From Felis catus (lineage: Eukaryota), in assembly GCF_018350175.1 (NCBI RefSeq), contig NC_058368.1, positions 45,758,001 through 45,822,000 of the forward strand: DNA of 64,000 bases, read 5' to 3'. How positions within the stretch are numbered: the first letter of the stretch is position 1; each line of letters opens with the position of its first letter. Of the stretch, positions 14,891 through 27,460 are shown piece by piece. A model generated the notes under the pieces. It saw only the letters and a list, made by a program, of their open reading frames with translations. It made no database searches and was not told where the DNA came from. The position numbers and the translations under genes are program-made.

Positions 14891-15862
14891 TTCAGAGAAT
14901 ATGGTGACATCAACCTTATTGCTACCTCAGTTTTTTTTTTTTTCTCTTTGCAACCGAGCTTTGCCAGCTTTAATTTTTTAGCACTTTTCGTAAGTTTTAC
15001 TAGTTCATGTGGTATCATACTTATATCTTTGGTACAACTATAAAATACATGTAATCAAAAGAAAATGTTCTTGGCCAAAATAGTTCCTATTTATATAACT
15101 TTATTATGTATTAATTTAAGGTATGAAATTTTAAAAGTTCGTACAATGGTTTAAGTTTGTAATTCACAATGAGGAGTTTAACTTCACTCTCTCCACCATG
15201 TAATTTATTTTAGGGGAGTTAAATGATCTAAGTTCCATATCTATTACTTGTTGTGAACTTAAGGAAGTCCCTGGGAGAAGATAATCTACATACCTAAATT
15301 GTTAGTTCATATCGGGATAAACTGCCAGCAGTTTAACTTGCATACAGATAAAATGAATCTCTTAGCAAAACAGGAGTTTATCACTCATGAGTGGAACCTG
15401 GGACACTGAAATTATTTCTTTCAAAGAAGAGATTAAACAAAGGTAGCTTCCACTTTTGTATAAGGAGTGCTTCTTTATTTAGAATATTCAATTAACACTT
15501 ACTGAGTACTCAAATTGGTGTTGGGGATGCCAAGAAAAACATTTCTTGCTCTCTGGGAGTTTGTATTCCAGTGGTGATGACAATTCATAGAAAATTAAAA
15601 TGTTGGATGGAGACTGTGTATTCCAGAGTTATTCCCAGATTATGGGAGCCAGTAGGTGTGGCATCCAAACCATGAGTGACAGTCCAAGGACCACAGATCT
15701 TGGAAGCTGGCTTACTTCCTGTGAACTCTATACTGTTAATTTTTGTGTGTTATGGCATATGAACTGAGTCACGTGATCCAACTTGGAGCAGAAAGAAAAA
15801 TTTGTTACCTCACATTTTTTCCTAGTTCATTACTAATTTATTCATCAATTGCCTGTTACATT

Positions 15863-16085
15863 TTATTGAGGTATGAATGACATACAAAAATTGTACATAT
15901 TTAGTATACACAATTTGGGAAATATGGAAATATACATCCATGAAATCACCACTACCATCTATGCCATTAACAAATCTATCATCATCAAAAGTATCCTTTT
16001 GTCCTTTTATTATTTGCTTTGGGTGGAAGTTGAATTTGGGGTCTACAAAGTAACTTAGAGAATGCACTTGTGTATAATACATTTT
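15863..16085 (-). mobile_element. L1M (MA/MC-type) 3' end
   Basis: ttttattgaggtatgaatgacatacaaaaattgtacatattt...catccatgaaatcaccactaccatc is the reverse complement of an old mammalian L1 3' UTR terminus. Confidence 0.75.
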
Positions 16086-17964
16086 TCTTATTTACCCTTT
16101 GTACTAATTTTAAAAACATTCATTTAGAAAGTTTATGTAACATTTTAAGTACTTGCTGGAATAAGACTGAATAAATAGTACTTTGGTACTCAGGAGAGTT
16201 ATCTAAATGCCTAATCATATTATTTTACAGCCAGACCTGAAATTGTGTACCTGTAGTAGAGCCATGCCTGAACCGGAACAGTTATGAGACTTTAGAACCA
16301 AAATTTTAAAGGTAAGCAATCCTAAACAAAGATAAATATATACAGATACAGATGGAAAACAATGAGCATTTCTTAGAGACATCTTCAAATACTTTGAAAT
16401 TCAATTCTCTTCCCCGATAGTTTTGAAACATGGTCTTTTTTGCTGACATATTATGGAAAATACGTTTATTATTGACTCTAGTATTTTTAAAGGTCTTTTA
16501 TTTATTTGGCTTAGGAAAAAATCAGTTAGCATCTTTTGTAACATCAGTATTCAAATACTTGATAAAGTATGTCAGAATATAATAAATTTATAACAAAGTC
16601 CCAACTGACCCTTCCCTAGTATGGGAGTGAGGTCTCAAAAATCAGCAGTAGAGCTTGCCCCCTTTCCCAATGGCCCCTTCGGAGTCTCACTCAATAGGTC
16701 TCACCTAGACAGTCATGCTCTTGCAGCATACAGGTGAGTGATTGAGGCAGGAAGCCCACAGCGCCTACCTTGAGAAATGATGCTCTGAAGAGCAACCTTT
16801 CTAGGGGGCTTTATTTTTCACATTTTATACATGAGACAGTGAATGCAGCGAGCTAAGACTTATACCAGTTAAATATTGGAATCCAGAAATCTAAATAGGA
16901 TTATTACAGTCCACATGGGCAAAATATTATTCAGCATGGTTTGGATTTGATATTTGGATCTTAGATTTTATATACATTCTTCTGGAATCAAAGACTGGTT
17001 TCTATCTTTCAAAATGATTTACAAACTTTGTTTAGTATAGAATAACACTCAGTATTGTAGTTTGTGCCACTTGAATTTAGCTTTATCTTCTCCCTTTATG
17101 ATTGATGGTACCTTACTTGTTGGCAGCATGGGCCAGCACATCCACACAAAATGAAAATATATATTTGATCACAACGGAGCTATTGACATCACTAGATTAT
17201 GAGTGTTTTAAAACTGATTGCCTCAATACAACACAGGTGACTTTCTTCATCTGCTTTCATTCCTCCGCTTCTATAATAACAATCAGTTTTTCTGCAGGTG
17301 GAAATGCCTTTTAGTTTGCATAATTCTGTAGTGCAATATCACACCATATTGAAATATATGAAACTTTTGTTTAAGATGAATAGGTGATAAAATGTTTTAC
17401 AAGGTTTATTTTTTTCCATTGGTGCTATAATGCTTTGTTACAAAAACAAATAATGAAAAACATCATCATTAACACTCAAAAAAGCACCATAAGGTTAACA
17501 TGTTTGCTTTTACTGTGATATACTGTATATGATTTGACATTATAACGGTAAAAAGCAAATGAAAACCAAAATAATGAAGAGTTTTCTCCATTCTCATCGA
17601 GAACCCAAACAAAACATAAACCTGCATAGCACCTTTGCTAAAATTGCATACTTTGTTCTAATTTTCCAGAGTAACTTTGAAAAAGACTGAAAGAAATAAG
17701 GTTGGATATGTAGACTTTCATTATGCTCCTTATGAATATGTGGTTTTTTTTCCCTATAAAAACCAGGATTTGGAAGTATTCATTCACATTTTCAGTTTGA
17801 GGGTTCTATTTTTTGACAACGTAATTATCAATTTTCAGAAATTTGAGCTTTTGTTCCCAAGACAAAATAAAACAAAAAGCCAAAAAGGAACCTGGCAATA
17901 AATGTTCATGGGAGAATATAGAAAATTCAGGGAACCAAACTTTTAGAAATGAATTAGTGACTAG

Positions 17965-18201
17965 ACAATGTCTGCCAGAAGCTCGTGAATTATTACCTTA
18001 GTGCAGTCACTCCTCTTTTAGGACAGGCCCATGGCTCCTGTTTTGCATGTTGCCAGAGTTCCTACAGAATGCAGCTCCAGCTGCCCTCAATATTAACTTG
18101 CACACAGTTGGTCTCTTACTTTGTCCCGCTTTCCCACTTCCCTACCAGTTTTTCCTAAATTTCATCTAAGGATCTGCATCTAGAAAACCCAAATCAAGGC
18201 A
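17965..18201 (+). mobile_element. Ancient ERVL-class LTR remnant (LTR33/LTR16-like), 3' part
   Basis: Ends aaggatctgcatctagaaaacccaaatcaaggca, the same terminal motif as the 7174 LTR but in the opposite orientation. Confidence 0.5.
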
Positions 18202-18439
18202 AAGGATGAGAGAAAAAAAAAAAACTGGAAACAGAGATGGCTTGTAGTGAGATATAAAGGTACAGAATTTACATGGAGACGAAATCATGACAGGTTTCAT
18301 ATATCATGCTATGGAATTTGGATTTTATTGGAAAGGTAATGATTAATTTCAGTAAGAAATTATACAATATATTTGCATTTTAAAAATTAAAAAAAAACAT
18401 TGATGTATTCTAGGGTATCAAAACTGGGAAAATGCTTTC

Positions 18440-18530
18440 AAATTTCCATCTCGTCATGTTACATTTTGATTCAAATGGTTCTTTTCTGCTCATCCTCTCT
18501 GCTACCATTGACACAGCTGATCTCAGTGGT
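18440..18530 (+). mobile_element. L2/CR1-clade reverse transcriptase remnant
   Basis: Frame reads DSNGSFLLILSATIDTADL, similar to the L2 ORF2 motif SNGxxSVLILLDLSAAFDTVDH. Confidence 0.45.
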
Positions 18531-19089
18531 CAGTTGGCCAATGTACCGGTTGGTCTGCAAAGTCCAACAGTGTTAATACTGAAGGTAGACATTGCCCTTA
18601 TCCATATTTTGAAGTGCATTCGTTTCCATTTTTAAGTAACAGCATTTTACCATATGCAAAGATTTGGGAATTTCCCATGTATTTTTCCTTCATTTAGTCA
18701 GGGTTTAGGGACACAGTAAGTCTAAAAAATGATGAAATTGAGAGAAAGAACATTTCTAAAATAGGCTTTATCATGGTTGTTTTTAGGTAGAATAAAACTT
18801 TGGAAGGAACTACATTTTCCATTCAGTGCAATGCAGCAAATATATGGAAAGAGAGGATGTTGGGGGAAAAATGAGTAAAACTTGATTATAGCTTTCTAAG
18901 ACTTCATAATTGTGTGTCAAGGGAATAATATAAATTCTAAAATGGAAGATTTCAACATGAGAAGTGTGAAATGAAATTATAGTTATTTATCATACAGAAA
19001 TGATGAGCTGAAATTTTCTGAGCTACTGGTAAAGGCCTAAGTTGTGCAAGACACAGAAGGGAAAAGCACCTGTTCTTGTTTGTTCAGAA

Positions 19090-19510
19090 GACCATTATGG
19101 AGTCCTTGTGCAAGGGCACCTGCCTATCCTTCTTTCAAGAACCCTATGAACTGACTCAAGTATATAAAATTGAAGAAAGAGCCATGAATCTCTAATACAG
19201 TGTCCGAACCTTCTGTCTGCCAAGACTAGATGTTTTTTGTTTGGGTAGTTACAAAAGTCAAATGAGGCCTTGGCACTTTGTCACATTTACTCCTGGGAAT
19301 CCACTAATCCATTGGCCATAATCAAGCACCCCAGTGTCCATTCATTTCCAGAGATCTAATTGTTAACTCTGTCTTGCTGCCATTGTGCCACTTGGTCTCT
19401 GACAACCACGTTCCTCCACTAAGATTAAAGAAACCACGTCAATTCCAGCTTATCAGGTGATTTTACTCTGGCATGCAAGAAAAGCAAAGATACTAGTCTG
19501 GAAGTTATCT
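19090..19510 (-). mobile_element. ERVL internal fossil: gag C-terminus / gag-pol junction
   Basis: Minus-strand peptides occur in the expected order: KQKTSSLGRQK (19242-19210), LSQF (19159-19148), VPLHKD (19119-19102). Recalled ERVL consensus: KQKTSRSNGQK..DLSQFTD..RVPLRKD. Confidence 0.7.
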
Positions 19511-19862
19511 CTCCAATCTATGCTACATAGGGAATTTACTCCTATCCAATAGTCTGATAATGAAAACAAAAATCAAGCTTCTGAATAAAAATCCAGAATT
19601 AGAGCCTTGATTCTGGAGCCTGTATAGGCTAGTGGAGAAAGAAATCTTATAAAACATAATTCCAAGTATTACAGTTCTCAATTAAAAAAAAAAGGATGAG
19701 GTACAGCTATACATATGCTTGGCCAGTAGCTAAGGTTGTACAATGATTAGTGATAAGGAAGATGAGGAAGAGGTTCATAGATGTACACTGGAATATCCCA
19801 GAGTCTGAGAACACCCATTTCTGTTGCAAATTCTCAAACACATGTACCAGGAATGATGTGTT

Positions 19863-20143
19863 GTGTTTTTTTTTTTCCTTTTTTAATCCATTTGAGAGGG
19901 GGAGAGGGAGGGAGGGGGAGAGGGAGGGAGAGAGGGAAGGAGGGAGGGAGGGAGAGGAGAGATGGAGGGCAAGACGGAGCATATGCATGTGCAAGTGGAG
20001 AGAGGGGCAGAGGGAGAGGGAATCTTAAGCAGGCTCCATACTCAGCCTGGAGCCCTATGTGGGACTCAAGCCCACCACATGGGATCATGACCTGAGCTGA
20101 AATCAAGTCAGACGCTCAACTGAGTGAGTGACTCAGGCACCCC
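19863..20143 (-). mobile_element. Can-SINE with expanded GA/GGGA tract
   Basis: Ends actcaggcacccc. Diverged TSD aggaatgatgtgtt / agggatgacgtatt. Confidence 0.93.
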
Positions 20144-20279
20144 AGGGATGACGTATTTTTTAATAAAATAGAATAACACACACTAAGGATGTTATTTGCC
20201 TTTTTTTGGGGGGGGGGGTTAGCCTACTGGGATGAAAAAAAAATAGATTGAAAAACAAAGCATCCATGGACAAAGAAAT

Positions 20280-20413
20280 TAATATATTAATTCAAATATT
20301 TGAGTTTCTATCATGTGCCAAACCCTACTCTAGGCTCTGAAGCAGTGAAGAAAGCACTAAAACAGACCAAACAACAAAGAAGCTTGTTCTCATGGAAACT
20401 GCGTTCCAATGGT
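20280..20413 (-). mobile_element. L2 3' end remnant
   Basis: ttcaaatatttgagtttctatcatgtgccaaaccctactctaggc...gttctcatggaaactgcgttccaatgg matches the reverse complement of the L2 tail. Confidence 0.6.
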
Positions 20414-20419
20414 TAAGGA

Positions 20420-21190
20420 TCTTCATGGTGTCAAACACACTAACATTGCCTTACCAAGGATGAGCTCACTAGACTCACTGCAGAGTTCTCCACTGTTAAA
20501 GAGCCCACAGCTCCTGATAACTACTCCACACTGCCAGTCTTTAGCATACTGGTCATATTGGACCCTTCCATCAGGAGGAAGTCGTACACAGCAATACTTC
20601 TTCACTATAACAGACAGGTTCTTAATTTCAAGTTCTTTTGTCGTATCCTTTCCAGAAATACTCATTGAATGATATTATATAAAACATAGTATCCAAATTT
20701 ACTTCTAAGTGTGAAGTAATGAGATAACTCATTTGGAATTCATGGTTTTTAATTTGCACCTAGTTATCTAATGCAGGACCAAATGGCCATTTAGAAGACC
20801 TGTTGAAAATCTGTCTACTGCTAAAGCAGAAAGGAAATATCTTGCGAGGCTGAGGTTCTTTCTTATGACATACAGTACGTGCCATATGACAGTATATTAT
20901 AGGATGTATGTCTGTCCCAGACACAGGTAACAAGGGATGAAAGTGTGAGTGATGTCTCTCACGGCTAGATCTAGCGACAAAACTTTGAGACTCATTTTAG
21001 TGCCCAAGGGAGGGATAATTTGGTGGATCCAATAGTGATTCCTTTGAACTGGGAGATCCTTGAAACTGGTCTAAGGTCAATTTACAGTCCTCATGCCACT
21101 GGTAAAACAAAACAAAAAATAGGGTCATTCTGATGGCTTGGAAAGATTCTATTGAAGAGAAAAATGTTAATATGAATTTCAAAAGGATTA
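20420..21190 (+). mobile_element. ERVL internal fossil: integrase followed by dUTPase region
   Basis: Collinear peptides LTKDELTRLTAE, HIGP, NILRG*G (20836-20856), ILVPKGG (20994-21014), IPLNW (21038-21052), GQFTVLMPL (21075-21101). Recalled ERVL pol: LTKADLATATAE, YIGPLPS, NTLQGWG, VLVPEGG, IPLNW, GHFGLLLPL. dUTPase downstream of IN is characteristic of ERVL. Confidence 0.8.
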
Positions 21191-21374
21191 TGGATGACAA
21201 GTAAGGTGTTCTTTGTAATATTTCACTTTATAATCATGAAAGAAAAGGTAGTCTGCCACAATTCAGATACCTTCAATTGATCAAACATAATTTGCACGTC
21301 ACCTCTAATTCATGTATTGGCTCCGTCTTATTGTAGTTTATCCACCACAATGTTCCCACTACATATTTACTCTT

Positions 21375-21790
21375 GCATTCATTCATTCATTCACCCATTC
21401 CACAAACACCACTTTAAACCTGACTACCAAGATAAGGAAAGTGCTGGTTTCTACAAAGATAAAGTCTTCAAACTTATAAAGTTTACTGTGAAGATGCATA
21501 AATTAGAAAACCGTTATAAAATTTGGTAAGCAATATAGTAGAGGACAGGGCTAGTGCATATTCTGATAGGTAGGAGGCAGGAATGGAAGATACCATCATG
21601 AAGAAGCAATCTTAATTGTATTAAATAATTTTGCTGAGGATAAAGCACACGAGTTATTTCAGAGAATCTCTGTTTAGGGGAAATACATGTCCAAAAACTC
21701 ACAGGTAAGAGAACGTGGCATACTGTAGAGCCTGCAAAATATGTATGGACTAGAGTGGAGAATGTAAACAGGTAATACTGAAATTACTAC
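21375..21790 (-). mobile_element. L2 3' end remnant
   Basis: (CATT)n tail (cattcattcattcattc) followed by L2-like purine-rich sequence. Confidence 0.55.
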
Positions 21791-22017
21791 ATACTTCTAC
21801 ACATATGACATAGAATAAAAAAATGAATACGTGGACTAGAGAAGGGAAGTATGAAGTCCCTGAAGATAACTTTTCTCCTATCTTTCATGTTCTTCATGTG
21901 AATAATGCTAGGTCTTCAGGAAACTCTGTAGGATAGATATTACCCATAAAAACCTAGAAGACACTTTAATATATGGTCACTCAAAATCAACACTGCATAT
22001 TTATCAAATTAAGCCTT

Positions 22018-22197
22018 GGGGCACCTGGGTGGCTCAGTCAGTTAAGCGTTCAACTTTGGCTCAGGTCGTCACCTTGAGGTTCTTGAATTCAAGCCCTGCA
22101 TCAGGTTCTGTGCTAACAGCGCAGACCCTGGAGTCTGCTTTGGATTCTGTCTCCTTCTCAGTCTGTCGCTCTCTCAAAAATAAACGTTAAAAAAAAA
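22018..22197 (+). mobile_element. Can-SINE
   Basis: Head ggggcacctgggtggctcagtcagttaagcg, A-rich tail, TSD-like aattaagcctt / aaataagactt. Confidence 0.95.
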
Positions 22198-23559
22198 TAA
22201 GACTTATGCAAGAAAATACAGAGGGTTCTGAAGGAATGAGACACAGAACAGATAGTTTGGGAAGAGAAAAGAAGAGGCTAAGAATGGTCTATTGAATGAA
22301 GGCTGGCGAGAGTAGGGTGTCATAAGTTGGCAGTGGGTTCTGAATATCTAAAAATTGGGAATAAAGGACAGAATAAGACAAATATAAGATTTTTAAAATT
22401 GTATTTGAGCCTGATTTTAACTTGTCTCCAAAATATGTTTGGTCGTTTTCCCAGAGTTGTTGTGATAAAAGTCATCTACAGTGACACGCACAAAGAGAAT
22501 TTGCACTAATTCAGGAAAATGCTTTGCAATACTATATGATTTTCTAATAAACAACTTTGAAATTTTGTTACATACAACTATTTAATTTTCCTTTAAATGC
22601 TCTTACATTTTAACGTCTTATTTCTTAATGCAAGAAATGCACAAATCAGTCACTTTGAGACTTAACTTCAGAACGTTATGGTTCAGGGCCTATATTAATC
22701 ATCTTCCCCCAATGGATCAATGCACGCTTATCACTTTTATTAACTCACTTCAGATTCTCCTTAATGGAAAGAAAGCTTTTAGTTGTTAGTAATTGTTCTT
22801 CTCTTTCGAAACCACACAGCAATCTTTAAATATGTTAAATTACAATCTTTATCACTTCCCATATTATCTGTTACAAACTGGTCAACAGAATTAGTCACAG
22901 CATTTGCATTCCTGCTTCTTCCTGCTACTTCATCTCCATACAGCAACGGCTTACTCCCTCCTAAAACATGTCCTTAGTCCCAAACTGGCATTGCTTTTGC
23001 AATATGCAGGATTCGTTGGAGAAATGATATTTCCTCTAACAGACTCCCAAAATGTAGGTCTCAAACACAACAATTTTTTTCCTCCTATAACCATTCAAAA
23101 CGGGCATTTAGGACAAGAAAGCAGGTTTTCTACATGTGTGATTCATGGATCTGTGGATCCAGCACCTGCAGAAATTCATTAATAGGCATAAGGAGGTAAT
23201 CGAGAAAACACACACACAAGGGAAGGTGCCTTACAACGCCCGCCCAGAAAATCTCTGCTATTGCTAACAGTTGACTTCTTTGGGTCTCACACCTTCCCCT
23301 TTCATGAACACATTTTAACTGTATTTTGTTATCCCTGCTTGACAACCATACATGGAGTATTTGAGAGAAACATATACTGTGGCCTGGAGGATGGGACTAG
23401 ATACCAAATCTTTTAGACTAGCTCAAAAATAACTATAATTAGACCTGAAGGAGAAAACGATGCTGGTCACTGAACCAAATTCACAGACTCGATGCAATCT
23501 TAGATCATATACTTTGTGGAAAGGAGGAGTATTTTCTGTCTGTGGTAAGTATAGTTTGC

Positions 23560-23910
23560 ACAGATGTTTGTAGGTAACAAAGATGTTCCCAAGTATCTAC
23601 CAGGAACAGAATTCCTTCTTGGGTACACAGCTCAATATCTCCCAGTCGCCCTGTATTAAGTGTGGCCTATAATGTTACCAGTGAAATATGAATGGAAGAA
23701 ATGTGTGCCTATTTTGGCCAAAGCTTTAGTCAGTGGAAGAGTCACAAGAAGGAAGAATCCTAGTTTCCTGAGAAAATTAGGGAAAAAAATCTCCACCCAT
23801 CGGCTACATCAATTTCAACCATTAAGTAACCTGGAAGATAAGCTTCCTTTGTAATAAGCTACTGAGCTTTTTGTGACTTATAAAAGTTGGCTTACCTAAA
23901 GTAATATGTA
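23560..23910 (+). mobile_element. MLT1 (MaLR) solo LTR, old subfamily
   Basis: ctcccagtcgccctgtattaagtgtggcc...gaatggaagaaatgtgtgcc and the terminal taagctactgagc...cttacctaaagtaata resemble MLT1I/J-type consensus. Confidence 0.6.
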
Positions 23911-25199
23911 CCAATAACAGACACGGAAATGAGACTAAGAAATTGCAAAGGGTAGTACCGGTAGAATGGGTTAGGAATTAGGCTAATAATTAGGGTTCAG
24001 GTTGTACGGAAGGAAAAATAAAATCTTTTGACTTTCCTTCACTGAGTTCCATTACCTAAGTTGTACAACAGTATGTTCAAAGTGGCCATTAAAACTTCCC
24101 TGATACATCCCCTGATTAACTCTACAGTCTCTCCTTACATCACATTCTTATTAGCTACAATCTGACCCTACAATTCTTTAATTTCTTTAATGTGACAAGA
24201 TTCCCCATCCTCCCTCCCCATGTATCAGAGCCTGAACAGATTTTTTTTTCTGCCTGAAATACAATATTCTAGGTCATAGCTTAATGCTACTTCTTCTAGC
24301 AGGGTACCAATATGCAATAACTGTAGACTGGAGCCAACTCCTCTTACGTAAGATAGCACAGAACTTGGCTCTGCATTCTTTCATGTAACAAGTACTTACT
24401 CTCCTACACACTGGTCATAATGTTAGGGGTTGGGGATACTCAGAGATATAATGTAACCTATATGGTACCCACTCTTCTGGAACTTAAATCAAGGAAGATG
24501 GTAAAATGATGGCAGAAGAATCATACTAAGGGATGCTACACAGAAGAAATAATGGAGAGGAGATGAGGAGGAGGAATAGAAATAACACACAGTAATGCAC
24601 CCCCATGTGGCGCATCTATTTTGTTTATCCAGCACCAGTGCTCTTGGGTTCAGATTAATAACAAAATGCAGGTAAGTTTCACCCAGCACCAACTAATTTT
24701 GCTTTAAGGGAGCTGACCAGGTAGGTATGAACACAAAGTTCATGATAATAGCATAGTAGAGGCCTCCTAGCCGCTACATTGGAGATGCCTAGTGTGACAC
24801 AGCATAAGAGTAGGATGGGGCAAACCACCTCATGAGAGGGAATCTATTAGCTGTGCGTCCCTTTGGCTTTTAGACTTTACAGTTCTGTATCCCTCAGATA
24901 TGTGAATAAAACCTATTCTCTAGTGCAGCTGTTATCTCATTAATACCAGTAGCTCCTTACTCAAGAAGTTACCTTAATGATGAAAACTGGTGCTTGGCTT
25001 CTGTATATAGTATTTTCAGGCTCTCATTTATCTTGGATCCCGTGCCTGTCTATAGACTCTGATTTCACCTTTTCAAGGAGGATGAGGTCAAAGAAAATTC
25101 ACAGGCTTCCACAAAGCTAAAGGAATGGCCTCAAAACTGGTTAACACTTGATTTCTATTCTGACAAAGTGAGCACACAACATGGGAAAACCTTGGTGTA

Positions 25200-26300
25200 G
25201 GTGGAAGAGATGAGAAGTGGATGTGCTATATAATTCTAGATGTTAGAATGAATTTCAAAGAGGCTAGAGGGCAAAGAGCAACAAGTAGTACAAGAGGATA
25301 CTGAAAAGATAAACATGGTTATGATCACAGAAATCTTTCCTGGGTTGAGGAATTTATTCTATAGAAAATGGAAAGTCATTGAGAGGCTTTAATGATAAGA
25401 TTTTATTTTGAAAATATAGTCTAGCTGCAACATAGGTGCTTATTTGAAGGGAGGAAATGCCAAGGGTTTAGAAATAATCTAAGCAAATATTAGGTAAGAC
25501 TAGGGTAAAGAATGTGGTGATAGACATGTATAAATTTAGGAGATATATAAATGGTAACAGTGGCAGGGCTCGCTGAGAGATGGCTAGAATAACAGTGGGA
25601 GAGGTATGTGGCAGGAGTTAACTCCAGCTGGATGTTTTGGGTTTTCACTCACGGTTTCTGAGAACACAAGAAAACCACTGTTGGGATGAAAATCATGGGT
25701 TTTTGTCTCAGAATTTAGTTTGAGGTATCTTTGAAAAATCCAAATGCAAATATCTTTTCACAAGAATATACACATTTCTGGAGCCCAAGGGTGATCTCTT
25801 GGTTGGGACTATGGCTTGGAAGCCTAGAGTCTAAGATCCTAATTGAATGTATAGGCATGGATGCAGTTGCCTAGCCAGAAACTAAGAGAAAATGTGGGAT
25901 ACAATCAAGTCTTACAGATCTCCAGTATGTACTGGTCAGGTGACAATGAATTTACAAAGAAATGTAAAAGGTAGCGGCCACAAGCAATTAGGGAAGCCTA
26001 AACAGTGTGGTGACAGAGTAACCAAGAGTGTTTTACAAAAAAGTGTTGAAGCCTAAGTCATGGACACTGGATTTGCAGTTTTGAAAGTAATTAGTGGCCT
26101 TGGTGAGAACTGATTCAGTGGAGTGGGTCTAGAAGCCAGTTTTGTTTAGAGGCTGGAGAACTGAGCTGACAGTGAGTGCAGCCAATTCTTCAGAGTAGCT
26201 TGGCTATGAAGGGAAGGAAACATGAAGCTGGAAGAATGTAAGAGGACAAGGTGCAATTTTTTTAAGCATAAGGTAACTGATATGTGAAGTTCCTGAACAG
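25200..26300 (-). mobile_element. L2 LINE remnant (about 1.1 kb)
   Basis: L2 antisense motifs: aggaatttattctatagaaaatggaaagtcattgagaggcttta, ttagtggccttggtgagaactgattcagtggagtgg, tagcttggctatgaagggaagg. Confidence 0.7.
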
Positions 26301-26339
26301 TAGGAGGAGGTAAAAGAACTTCTAAAATTCATTAAAAGT

Positions 26340-26920
26340 CTTGAGACAAAGTTTCTATTTCATTAGAGAGGTCTGGATGGTCCTAGGCCCTATTTCCTTC
26401 CTGCATTTGATTTCTTAGGGAGCTGGCTCAGTTGCTTTAAGACAATATGCAGACAGAGAAGACCTTGGCCTGACTTCCTCATTCCTGGCAGACAAGGGCC
26501 CTGAGTATGCATCATCGTAAGCGGTGTTTCTGGGTATGAAGACCCCTTGAGGATAGATTTTTTTTTTTTTTTACTCAAGTGTCCCCCAACCGCTCAGGCT
26601 AACTTGTAAATATGTAAAGCAATGGGGTGGGTTTAGGAGAAACTGGTTCTCTCTTTAAGATCCCTCCCCATCCCCCATCATACGTCCCACCTCTAGCCTA
26701 AGGCAGGCCTCATCTGCTGGAACCTTGGCCTTGACACATGCCAAACACCTATGTCTGGTCTATGCTATGCAAGATTGGAAATGCACAGGATTGCATGGGT
26801 GCTGTGACTCCTCTGCTTTTAAGTTTTTCTCCCCTAACAAATCCTAGGTTATATCTGTGGCACTAAATTTGTGTTATCTGGGACCCCCTAGTAGGACTAT
26901 TTCAGAATTTCACTGTAGCA
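26340..26920 (+). mobile_element. Probable ancient LTR (ERVL MER74/LTR53-like or related)
   Basis: About 580-bp island of higher GC content between L2 and unique DNA, with ggaaatgcacagg...gggtgctgtgactcctctgct. Family and strand uncertain. Confidence 0.3.
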
Positions 26921-27287
26921 GATAAAATGGTCAAATCACCTGCCTTGCAGATCACTTGCAGTTGTTCTACATTATTTTTGCTATAATTTTTGTTATAGAT
27001 TTTGTGGCCATTTTATATAAAATCGTTCCATAATTAGAGCAGTATTTCTCAACTCTACTTCAAATTGATAAATAATGCAGATCCTCTACCAGAAACCCAG
27101 AAATGAGTGAGGGACAATGCACAAAAAGGCAGAGAAAGAAAACTAAAACAAAAAACCAAACTTGCAATGCTCTTGCTGAAAAGGAAGTGCTCTAGGTTTT
27201 ATTATATCCCAATAGACAGATGACCATAAAATAACTCAAGAATTGAAAACACACACACAACTGAGTCTTTCTGAAAAATTAAAGTGT

Positions 27288-27460
27288 TGTTTTTTAAATA
27301 TTGGGGGGAGGTGAGAGAGGGGGAGAAACAGAATCCGACGCAGGCTCCAGGCTCTGAGCTGTCAGCACAGAGCCCAATATAGGGTTCGAACCCCTGAACC
27401 ACGAGATCATAACCTGAGCCAAAGTCAAACACTTAACCGACTGAGCCATCCAGGTGCCCC
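27288..27460 (-). mobile_element. Can-SINE (SINEC_Fc-like)
   Basis: caggctccaggctctgagctgtcagcacagagccc...gagccatccaggtgcccc. Confidence 0.95.

Noticed and set aside
19707..20106. Four overlapping low-complexity ORFs (GREGEREG / SLSPSL)
   Set aside because: Translations of the GA tract of a Can-SINE.
22018..22100. tRNA-like A/B box sequences in SINE heads (here and in all other copies)
   Set aside because: These are tRNA-derived SINE promoters followed by SINE body and tail, not tRNA genes.
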